Assembly: GCA_040954595.2 (NCBI GenBank)
Contig: CM082578.2
Location: 11,105,166-11,169,165 of the forward strand
Source: Balanoglossus misakiensis
Taxonomy: Eukaryota > Animalia > Hemichordata
Direction: 5' to 3'
DNA: 64,000 bases
Shown: in pieces, positions 52,201-64,000 of the stretch
Position numbering within the stretch: position 1 is the first letter of the stretch
Layout: every line of letters begins with the position of its first letter
Program-made: the position numbers and the translations under genes
The notes under the pieces: model-generated
What the model saw: the letters and a program-made list of their open reading frames with translations, nothing else
Databases searched by the model: none
Told to the model about the DNA's origin: nothing

Positions 52201-54120
52201 TATTTCGCGGCACAGATGGCTCTTTGCACACCCTTCAAACTTGACGCCAAAAGTAGAAGATCGCGCCAGCGTCTAAAAGGAAAATGTTTGAAAAGGGAAC
52301 TGAAATCGGAGGAGGCTTACACGGAATGCGGAGCGCTCCAAGTGTATATAGGGCGTCATATGACACCAAAAACTATAATTACAAAAAAAAAATCGGTCCG
52401 CCCTTTCCATGATTATCCGACAAACTTGGCCGACGACAAAGATGACATTTTCACTGATACAAGTTGAAGTACCGAAGTATTGGAAACAGTAATTCGGTCC
52501 GACGACAGCGTCAATACCCATAAACGTTCAGGATTAGTGAAACATTGCAACCTGGCTGAAATATTAATAACATCTACTCATCATGATAATCTCCTGCTGA
52601 GGAGGAATTGATATTTGCGCGCTTCAGTTACAAACGATACGCCGCCGCTGGTTCGAGAATTTATCTCGTCGACCTTTGAAAAGAAGATTGCAAATGTATC
52701 TGGGAAGGAAACAGCTCATTATTTCGTTTCTCGCATGGTTTCTTGTTGATTATGTTGCAGAAATGGCAGAATTTAAAAAAACACGACCTTTACCCCGTGG
52801 TATTTTCTGCACATTTCAATAGGTCCATCACGGTCATGTTCATATTTGAATCGTACGTAATAGTCTATAACGCATAACAGAGAGAGAAAGAAAGAAAGAG
52901 AGAGAGACTCCGTGACCGTGTGTGTTGCATTCGCCTAGTAATGGCACGGCCCCATTTCAGTCCTTCAATTATGAATCATGACAGTTAATTAATTAGATTG
53001 AAAATCTCATCAGTGTGGATGTTGATTGCAGTGTTTGTTTCACCAGCTCTGTCCCATGATGACAGTATGACGTCATTCGCTGATCGTTGACAACTTAATG
53101 CGTAAAACCCGTGAGAAACAAATCATGGTAATATGACAACTGGCGATGCATTTATCTTTAATATGACTGCGAGGAGTACATCGTATACCGCGGCGCTATA
53201 AAAACCGGCGCAATACATTGTCTCTGATCATTCTTTTTTGAATCATTTGGGATTATCTTCTCCCGGGCTACGCCCTTATTATGGATTTTAGACAGATATT
53301 CACACCATGTTTTGTTTCTACTTCACCTTGATTCCGCACGCTATTTTGTTATTGTCCTGTCTGATATATAAAGCCGCAGACTGAACCGGCGACTTCGACA
53401 AAAAAATGTGTCGGCATCATTAAAAAATCTGCGCGACACATGCTAAATGTATCCTACTAAAATCAGATTAAAATCGCATTGGGGTTAAGCCGAGGCAATC
53501 GTCATTACTTTGCTCAATTGCTGGCATCCTTGAAACGCTGCAGCACGCAGAAGTGTGTTTACAGCGAGCGTATACATCGGTTCGCAGTACAAAGCGAACA
53601 AGAGTGACATGCGTCTTGGCAACAGGAAAAGCTGACATTTCGCTGGAAACTAACGAGGGGCGATGACACGTATTGAACGATATGATCTAATGTTTGCGCC
53701 GCTCTCGTGTAATTAATTGCCGTGAAAGCAATTCGTGACGCTTTTCATCCGACAGACCGGGGCACATACTTCACTCCGCTGTCACCTGACAACAGTGATG
53801 TGACGTCATATATCTTTTTCGTGAAGTCTCCAGAGTCTAGACATTGCGAAGATGATACAGGCATTGGGAAATATGAATCAAATCGAGCGGACGCCACAAT
53901 GGGTCTCTTTAATAACTCTGGCGTCATATGAAGATCGCGCGTAAACAGAAAAATCAACAAGAAATGATGAGCGATATGAGATGCTCCAAGGTGACTGATT
54001 ATACATAAACCACTAACACTGTAATAACATATCAGATATATTGCATGCAGTTATGATAAATCCGAACATAACAATAGCATTAGCCATTGCAGTGCGTAGT
54101 CATCGATTACAACGGCCGGC

Positions 54121-54137
54121 GATGGTGATGGTGATGG

Positions 54138-54206
<69 letters not shown>

Positions 54207-54291
54207 CGATGATGATGATGATGATGATAATGATGACGATGACGATGATGACGATGACGATGACGGTGATGATCATGATCATGATCATGAT
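54121..54291. repeat. (GAT)n compound microsatellite with GGT/GAC/CAT interruptions
   Basis: Directly visible; source of the poly-Met and poly-Ile ORFs. Confidence 0.96.
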
Positions 54292-57200
54292 AAAATGTAA
54301 ACTACATGGTGTGCTTATTAAAATGAACAACGTGCACATCATTCAACCCCATGGCGTTGTCATTTAATAATAGAGTTGGCAGAATTAACAACATGTAATG
54401 ATTTTTTACTCAGACCATGACAGGTTCTCCTCCGTTCATCAATCATTTATTTCGTCTGCTCAACCTATTTCCTACTAGCAGTAGCCGACCCTGGAAGATT
54501 CCCTCATAGAACGATTAGGTTGCCATGGTGGCAGTGTATGAAATTACAAATTGATGTAGCCAACAATATTCCCCAGTGCACCACAGTTCCTAGCGCCGGG
54601 TCGAGAGCGCGCGAATATACATGTAATTCCCTTCATTTTAATCAAGGTCTGGAGTATATAGAACGTCCTTTGTTATTGCATTTGTGCTGCAGTTTGTGGC
54701 GCTGTTGTACGGGATGACATGCTCCCTATACAAGATCCGGTGGCCGCATGTCCACCCATCCCCGCGGCACAAATGCACACCTTCCGCCAGAGACGGGCGA
54801 GCAAAACCGCGCACGCGTATAAAGCGCCTCCCACCTGAAACTGCCGCGTCTCTCTCCCAGAATGCTGCCTAGTAACACCGTCGGATATAATTATATGTCG
54901 CTCGCTGATAAAGAAGATGCTCTTTCACAGTTTTAATTAAGTCGAAACATCTGCGCCAGGTATACAATTAGACCAACCACTGTTGTCAGGAAGTGAGTAG
55001 TCAGGGTTTCATGATGGTATTCCTCAGAAAGGCGTAAGTTACAACTAGGGGCTCGGTTCCTTTCTAGAGCATTTTTGGCACTAGCAAATTTGGCACAGAC
55101 GAAGCATCAGGGTAGGGACGCCAATTGTATACAGCAGTGCCCACGGCGCTATTTAATTGCACTGGCCGGGACTGAGAATTTCGGAATGGTCACGGATCTC
55201 TGGAAGGTGTCCCACTTGGTGGCCGCGGATCGACATTTCTGTACCTTTGGCCGTATTTACGTGGTACATGTACAGTCAAATATGTTATGCAAATGATTAC
55301 GAACATGACTTGTGATAACAAATGTGCGTATGTGATACGACAGACTTAACACGTTCCCACATATCGTTATACCCATGCGCGGATACCTAATAACGCAGAT
55401 TGCGTGTGATAGCATAAATATACTTCAACTTTCCTGGCAGGGTGTCGCACCTCATAGAGGAAAAATCATTAGCTTGGCTTTTGTATCAGATTAGATGACA
55501 AAAGTGTTGGCGGCGTTGGATTCTATTCGTGAATACAAATTTAGAGAGAGAGAGAGAAGAGCTGGGCTGTTTCGGAAGATATGGTACGCCGGTCGGCATA
55601 AATTGCTACCGCCAAAAGACACAATTTTCCTTGTGACCTTTCTCGCTCCGGAGCGCCCGCACACGACTGAATCGTCCAGTCATTGATGACCTGTATTCAA
55701 ACTAGGCAGCTACAATGTAATTTCGCGCTGTTGTCAGATTTGTATTCCCCAACGAAGTGTAAATACAAAGATCACTAACACTCGACAATAAAAGCGTAGT
55801 ATAATCACTGATTGATATAAAGTTACAAACCGATGTCTTGTTTTACTTAATCTTAATAAATTAACACGCTTTGGGGTAAAAACTATTCGAATTTGCGCAA
55901 AACACACGTCCAGTGCCTTGAGATATTTACTCAGCAGACGACGGTTTGGTATGTCTGATTAGTATGGCTAACCCCTGGGACCACTCAGGTTTTTTTTAAT
56001 CAAAACGAAATATGTGATGCGAAAAGAATCATAGTCTTTTGGCACTTATACTATAGTAGGATGACAAGAACGGCAACGTTGATGGTACCACAATCTCTCT
56101 CGTTCCCTATGTGTGAACTCTTGCCTCGCGTCGGCTTTTTCTCCACAGCTCACGATGCACCACAGGTATTTGGTTTTAACCAGCAGACCATGTGACAGCA
56201 AAAGCATCCAGGCTGGCATTCTTCTTGACTACTAGTGCACTGTTATGTTGTTTTTTTCGACGAAGACATTTCCAGCGATTGCGCCGATCATCCATTCTGT
56301 TACCGCTGCTCCCCCGGGGCTGCCATCACTCCTCTATTACATCTCGGAGATTACATACACCTGACAACACACGGCGTTTTCGCTCCATTTTCCGAGAAAC
56401 GCGAGACGCGATTTCCAATCCAATCGACCATAAAAGCATCGACATTCAATCACTGCGTGTCGACTAGCGCGAGTAAGACAACTCCGCCGAACGCCCGTTT
56501 CCCACATTGACAGCCTGTCACCCCTGGGCAGCGAAATAATTGTCGCCGGTACATGCGAAGCGAGCGTGGGCCCCGGGAATTGCAAGTGCTAAAATTATCT
56601 CACAGTGCCAAAGGCCACGTAGTGATATTATTCATGTTTCGCTTGTCGCCCAGTCGGTGCAAGTTACACAGCTTTGATTGTGACATGCACGGTGACAGAT
56701 TACCGGGGGGAAACTAATTCTGTTGTTTGTGACGGAATGAGAGCTGTAGGAACGTGCGTTATCAATTACAGCGGTATGTCGTGTGGAATGGGTATACAGT
56801 CTGAGATATGCTGATTTCTTTACTTCAAAAAGATTTAAAATTGCGCTGAATATATAGAGCACGTGAAGGGATCGTGCTGTTCGTCTTACCATAACGTCAC
56901 GTTGTAAACGCGGACGTGGTTTGTATCAAATGATGTAGAGAATGTAACAGCAATCCAGTGAAGAGATAACGAAGCCAAGTCAAATCCGTGCACGCGTGAC
57001 ATCGCTGGGCTCCCCCAGTGTTATCGTCCAGCGATTCTGAAAGAAAACGTCAAACGACAACGAAGGTCAAATGTCGTCAAAAAATAAGTGGAGAAATTAA
57101 GAAAACGGTTAATGCTATAATTCTTTTGCCAAGAGGGCAATTAGACGCATCGGTTGCGTGTGTGTGATACGCGAAAGTTTTCTTTTGGCCCGAGGCTGCA

Positions 57201-58666
57201 ACTTGTTTTATACATGTACCCGAAGCGAAGCCGCCCAGCGGACTTCGTTGCGAAATGTCACACGATGTGAAAGCTGTTTATTGCTCACAGGCTGTTGCTA
57301 GAATGATAAATTCGTTACTTGGGCAGACGAAAGATATCCACAATGACGACGCAAATGTACATGTACTAACGCAGGGGAATTTAGTTATCATTACTCACAA
57401 AGGAGCTTGGTGAATTGTTGATAATGTGCCGCCGAATGTGTTTACAGACGATAACCATATGCGTACATGTATAGTATGATGCATTTGCGGAGTTATTTGA
57501 AAAGAATGATGACGTTCAAAGATCCGTCATCTGTGACTTTTTGACCGCCTTTTCGTTAAAAAACACTATGAAATGCCAAGTGAGTTATGAGCGAAAATTA
57601 AGTTCTTGTCGGGACTTAAATATGTTTTGTCAAAAACGATAAATGGTCAGGACACACGCACATCCGTGTTGACTAACGAATACTGGGTATTTCAACATAT
57701 TAGAGTAAGTAGAACATGATACTGTAGATGGTTTACTGAACACAAATACTGAAAAACCAGCCAAAATATCACAGCTGATGGAAATTTATATTTAAAACGC
57801 GTGAAACAACAAGCATTTTATGCCGGACCTGTTCAGATCAAAATGAACGGGCGAAACTGCTTGCCTTTGAACGTGGGACCTTCAACCCATTGCCTGCATT
57901 ACATGTTACCATGGTAACAACAGCAGCAATCCACCTAATCTAAAGCACGCACATTCACGACGACCTGCTGTGCACAATTGCTTTTTCAGCCAAATAAGAC
58001 AATTTCATGGCCCAGCAAGTCGCAAGATTGAAGTTGTTTGAAAATGGGAATATCATCCACAGTACTGTAAATGTCAAGAGGACGTGTCTGACCGTCACTA
58101 AAACATAAGTATGTGTGTATGTGTTGAGTGACTGAGAATGTATGTGTATGGATGGATGGATGGATCTGTGTATCTGTATATGTATCTATATATGTAATGC
58201 AATTAATGTAAAATAAAATTTACCATAGACAGATATAAGCTTATTGTTAAAGTAAATCACAAGGAAAAGCATTGTTACCGAATGCACTGAGAAATCTCTG
58301 CCCTCTGTCGTGCAAATATAATTCCAACGCACAAACATACTATCCACAATAACTCAAAGTACAACATAATAAAACTTCCTACATAACAAAGATGTTGAGT
58401 CTTATTTACGACATAGCTCTAATTCCCGAAGTACATGACTGTCTAGACGTTTAATACGCGATAAAGCAGCGACGTCTTTAAAATTTGATTGTCGAATTGA
58501 CAGTGATCAATGAAAGCGTTCAGATGAACCGCAGCGATATGGAATTATATGGAGGGGGTGTGTTGCTACATGTTACAAACTGGCTCCGTCTATGCATTTG
58601 AGTCATTCCTGAGATTGATACTGTTGGAGTTCAAACGCCTGTGACCTCTGCGACATCAGAAACGCT

Positions 58667-61600
58667 AATGACAAATTTCCGACCTTGCGAAATCACGAAA
58701 TTTCTTCGATTTTTGAAAAAAGTCATGGGTTATAGCTCATGAAAACCATCAAAAAATGACAATTTTTCGACTTTGTGAAATCTCAAAATTTCGTCGATTT
58801 TTGAAAAAAATCATGGGTTATAGCTCATGAAAATCATCAAAAAATCACAATTTTTCGATTTTGAATATTTTCAAAAATTCTTCATTTTTGATAAAAATCA
58901 TAGGTTATAGCTCATGAAAATCATCAAAAAATGACAATTTTTAGACTTTGCGAAATCTCAAATTTTCGTCGATTTTTGAAAAAAATCATGGGTTATAGCT
59001 CATGAAAATCATAAAAAATGAAAATTTTTCGATTTTGAATATTTTCAAAAATTCTTCATTTTTGATAAAAATCATGGGTTATAGCTCATGAAAATCATCA
59101 AAAAATGAAAAATTTTCGATTTTGCGAAATCTCAAAATTTCGTCGATTTTTGAAAAAAAGCTCATGAAAATCATAAAAAATGAAAATTTTTCGATTTTGA
59201 ATATTTTCAAAAATTCTTCATTTTTGATAAAAATCATGGGTTATAGCTCATGAAAATCATCAAAAAATGACAATTTTTCGACTTTGAATATTTTCAAAAA
59301 TTCTTCATTTTTGATAAAAATCATGGGTTATAGCTCATGAAAATCATCAAAAAATGAAAAATTTTCGATTTTGCGAAATCTCAAAATTTCGTCGATTTTT
59401 GAAAAAAATCATGGGTTATAGCTCATGAAAATCATCAAAAAATGACAATTTTTCGACTTTGAATTTTTTCAAAAATTCTTCATTTTTGATAAAAATCATG
59501 GGTTATAGCTCATGAAAATCATCAAAAAATGACAATTTTTCGATTTTGAATATTTTCAAAAATTCTTCACTTTTGATAAAAATCATGGGTTATAGCTCAT
59601 GAAAATCATCAAAAAATGACAATTTTTCGACTTTGCGAAATCTCAAATTTTCGTCGATTTTTGAAAAAAATCATGGGTTATAGCTCATGAAAATCATAAA
59701 AAAATGAAAATTTTTCGATTTTGAATATTTTCAAAAATTCTTCATTTTTGATAAAAATCATGGGTTATAGCTCATGAAAATCATAAAAAAATGAAAATAT
59801 TTCGATTTTGAATATTTTCAAAAATTCTTCATTTTTGATAAAAATCATGGGTTATAGCTCATGAAAATCATCAAAAAATGACAATTTTTCGACTTTGAAT
59901 ATTTTCAAAAATTCTTCATTTTTGATAAAAATCATGGGTTATAGGTCATGAAAATCATCAAAAAATGACAATTTTTCGACTTTGAATTTTTTCAAAAATT
60001 CTTCATTTTTGATAAAAATCATGGGTTATAGCTCATGAAAATCATCAAAAAATGACAATTTTTCGATTTTGAATATTTTCAAAAATTCTTCACTTTTGAT
60101 AAAAATCATGGGTTATAGCTCATGAAAATCATCAAAAAATGACAATTTTTCGACTTTGCGAAATCTCAAATTTTCGTCGATTTTTGAAAAAAATCATGGG
60201 TTATAGCTCATGAAAATCATAAAAAAATGAAAATTTTTCGATTTTGAATATTTTCAAAAATTCTTCATTTTTGATAAAAATCATGGGTTATAGCTCATGA
60301 AAATCATAAAAAAATGAAAATATTTCGATTTTGAATATTTTCAAAAATTCTTCATTTTTGATAAAAATCATGGGTTATAGCTCATGAAAATCATCAAAAA
60401 ATGACAATTTTTCGACTTTGAATATTTTCAAAAATTCTTCATTTTTGATAAAAATCATGGGTTATAGCTCATGAAAATCATCAAAAAATGACAATTTTTC
60501 GATTTTGAATATTTTCAAAAATTCTTCACTTTTGATAAAAATCATGGGTTATAGCTCATGAAAATCATCAAAAAATGACAATTTTTCGACTTTGCGAAAT
60601 CTCAAATTTTCGTCGATTTTTGAAAAAAATCATGGGTTATAGCTCATGAAAATCATAAAAAAATGAAAATTTTTCGATTTTGAATATTTTCAAAAATTCT
60701 TCATTTTTGATAAAAATCATGGGTTATAGCTCATGAAAATCATAAAAAAATGAAAATATTTCGATTTTGAATATTTTCAAAAATTCTTCATTTTTGATAA
60801 AAATCATGGGTTATAGCTCATGAAAATCATAAAAAATGAAAATTTTTCGATTTTGAATATTTTCAAAAATTCTTCATTTTTGATAAAAATCATGGGTTAT
60901 AGCTCATGAAAATCATCAAAAAATGAAAAATTTTCGATTTTGCGAAATCTCAAAATTTCGTCGATTTTTGAAAAAAAGCTCATGAAAATCATAAAAAATG
61001 AAAATTTTTCGATTTTGAATATTTTCAAAAATTCTTCATTTTTGATAAAAATCATGGGTTATAGCTCATGAAAATCATCAAAAAATGACAATTTTTCGAC
61101 TTTGAATATTTTCAAAAATTCTTCATTTTTGATAAAAATCATGGGTTATAGCTCATGAAAATCATCAAAAAATGAAAAATTTTCGATTTTGCGAAATCTC
61201 AAAATTTCGTCGATTTTTGAAAAAAATCATGGGTTATAGCTCATGAAAATCATCAAAAAATGACAATTTTTCGACTTTGAATTTTTTCAAAAATTCTTCA
61301 TTTTTGATAAAAATCATGGGTTATAGCTCATGAAAATCATCAAAAAATGACAATTTTTCGATTTTGAATATTTTCAAAAATTCTTCACTTTTGATAAAAA
61401 TCATGGGTTAGCTCATGAAAATCATCAAAAAATGACAATTTTTCGACTTTGCGAAATCTCAAATTTTCGTCGATTTTTGAAAAAAATCATGGGTTATAGC
61501 TCATGAAAATCATAAAAAAATGAAAATTTTTCGATTTTGAATATTTTCAAAAATTCTTCATTTTTGATAAAAATCATGGGTTATAGCTCATGAAAATCAT

Positions 61601-64000
61601 AAAAAAATGAAAATATTTCGATTTTGAATATTTTCAAAAATTCTTCATTTTTGATAAAAATCATGGGTTATAGCTCATGAAAATCATCAAAAAATGACAA
61701 TTTTTCGACTTTGAATATTTTCAAAAATTCTTCATTTTTGATAAAAATCATGGGTTATAGGTCATGAAAATCATCAAAAAATGACAATTTTTCGACTTTG
61801 AATTTTTTCAAAAATTCTTCATTTTTGATAAAAATCATGGGTTATAGCTCATGAAAATCATCAAAAAATGACAATTTTTCGATTTTGAATATTTTCAAAA
61901 ATTCTTCACTTTTGATAAAAATCATGGGTTATAGCTCATGAAAATCATCAAAAAATGACAATTTTTCGACTTTGCGAAATCTCAAATTTTCGTCGATTTT
62001 TGAAAAAAATCATGGGTTATAGCTCATGAAAATCATAAAAAAATGAAAATTTTTCGATTTTGAATATTTTCAAAAATTCTTCATTTTTGATAAAAATCAT
62101 GGGTTATAGCTCATGAAAATCATAAAAAAATGAAAATATTTCGATTTTGAATATTTTCAAAAATTCTTCATTTTTGATAAAAATCATGGGTTATAGCTCA
62201 TGAAAATCATCAAAAAATGACAATTTTTCGACTTTGAATATTTTCAAAAATTCTTCATTTTTGATAAAAATCATGGGTTATAGGTCATGAAAATCATCAA
62301 AAAATGACAATTTTTCGACTTTGAATATTTTCAAAAATTCTTCATTTTTGATAAAAATCATGGGTTATAGCTCATGAAAATCATAAAAAAATGAAAATAT
62401 TTCGATTTTGAATATTTTCAAAAATTCTTCATTTTTGATAAAAATCATTGGTTATAGCTCATGAAAATCATCAAAAAATGACAATTTTTCAACTTTGCGA
62501 AATCTCAAAATTTCGTCGATTTTTGAAAAAAATCATGGGTTATAGCTCATGAAAATCATCAAAAAATCAAAATTTTTCGATTTTGAATATTTTCAAAAAT
62601 TCTTCATTTTTGATAAAAATCATGGGTTATAGCTCATGAAAATCATCAAAAAATGACAATTTTTAGACTTTGCGAAATCTCAAATTTTCGTCGATTTTTG
62701 AAAAAAATCATGGGTTATAGCTCATGAAAATCATCAAAAAATGAAAATTTTTCGATTTTGAATATTTTCAAAAATTCTTCATTTTTGATAAAAATCATGG
62801 TTTATAGCTCATGAAAATCATCAAAAAATGACAATTTTTCGACTTTGCGAAATCTCAAAATTTCGTCGATTTTTGAAAAAAATCATGGGTTATAGCTCAT
62901 GAAAATCACCAAAAAATGAAAATTTTTCGACTTTGAATATTTTCAAAAATTCTTTATTTTTGATAAAAATCATGGGTTATAGCTCATGAAAATCATCAAA
63001 AAATGACAATTTTTCGACTTTGAATATTTTCAAAAATTCTTCATTTTTGATAAAAATCATGGGTTATAGCTCATGAAAATCATCAAAAAATGACAAATTT
63101 TCGATTTTGAATGTTTTCAAAAATTCTTCATTTTTGATAAAAATCATGGGTTATAGCTCATGAAAATCATCAAAAAATGACAATTTTTCGACTTTGCGAA
63201 ATCTCAAATTTTCGTCGATTTTTGAAAAAAATCATGAGTTATAGCTCATGAAAATAATAAAAAAATGAAAATTTTTCGATTTTGAATATTTTCAAAAATT
63301 CTTCATTTTTGATAAAAATCATGGGTTATAGCTCATGAAAATCATCAAAAAATGACAATTTTTCGACTTTGCGAAATCTCAAAATTTCGTGGATTTTTGA
63401 AAAAAATCATGGGTTATAGCTCATGAAAATCATAAAAAAATGAAAATATTTCGATTTTGAATATTTTCAAAAATTCTTCATTTTTGATAAAAAATCATGG
63501 GTTATAGCTCATGAAAATCATCAAAAAATGACAATTTTTCGATTTTGAATATTTTCAAAAATTCTTCACTTTTGATAAAAATCATGGGTTATAGCTCATG
63601 AAAATCATCAAAAAATGACAATTTTTCGACTTTGCGAAATCTCAAATTTTCGTCGATTTTTGAAAAAAATCATGGGTTATAGCTCATGAAAATCATAAAA
63701 AAATGAAAATTTTTCGATTTTGAATATTTTCAAAAATTCTTCATTTTTGATAAAAATCATGGGTTATAGCTCATGAAAATCATAAAAAAATGAAAATATT
63801 TCGATTTTGAATATTTTCAAAAATTCTTCATTTTTGATAAAAATCATGGGTTATAGCTCATGAAATTCATCAAAAAATGACAATTTTTCGACTTTGAATA
63901 TTTTCAAAAATTCTTCATTTTTGATAAAAATCATGGGTTATAGGTCATGAAAATCATCAAAAAATGACAATTTTTCGACTTTGAATTTTTTCAAAAATTC
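58667..64000. repeat. AT-rich tandem satellite, 87/88-bp monomer, ~61 copies, continuing beyond the window end
   Basis: A-type consensus GGGTTATAGCTCATGAAAATCATCAAAAAATGACAATTTTTCGACTTTGAATATTTTCAAAAATTCTTCATTTTTGATAAAAATCAT (87 bp); B-type has the core TTGCGAAATCTCAAAATTTCGTCGATTTTTGAAAAAAATC (88 bp); monomer starts at 58727, 58815, 58902, 58990, 59076... Confidence 0.99.

Noticed and set aside
54041-54367. Poly-Met and poly-Ile ORFs
   Set aside because: Translations of the (GAT)n microsatellite
58667-64000. CRISPR-like regular repeat array, or a CENP-B box in the B monomer
   Set aside because: Sequences between the repeats are near-identical rather than unique spacers, there are no cas genes and the context is eukaryotic; B-type TTCGTCGATTTTTGAA lacks the CGGG half of a CENP-B box

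Overview
Eukaryotic, almost certainly invertebrate animal, genomic DNA: spliceosomal GT-AG introns, no obvious CpG depletion, MITEs and microsatellites. The lineage cannot be proven from this window. There are three zones. (1) 1.9-14.8 kb: nine coding exons of a + strand TRPC-family cation channel whose 5' exon(s) lie outside the window. I spliced these by hand into one continuous frame of about 879 aa. It is atypical: no TRPC His/Cys zinc motif, a ~125-aa S3-S4 loop with a coiled-coil-like segment and furin-type sites, TRP box EWKYSR, and a 42-bp microexon. Its 7-kb third visible intron holds a 5.5-kb DNA element with perfect 21-bp CACTA...TAGTG terminal inverted repeats, GC-rich subterminal repeats and no visible transposase. 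The element carries a BEN-domain gene that is split by a 392-bp double-inverted-repeat (Crypton-like) insertion. (2) 14.8-58.6 kb: about 44 kb with no recognisable coding exon. It contains a Harbinger-type MITE, microsatellites, a possible promoter/first exon and a miR-96-like 21-mer. (3) 58.67 kb to the window end: about 61 copies of an AT-rich 87/88-bp satellite with two monomer types, internal dyad symmetry and nested higher-order repeats (523-bp 6-mer, 1818-bp duplication). All family assignments come from recognising motifs by eye; no database searches were run.
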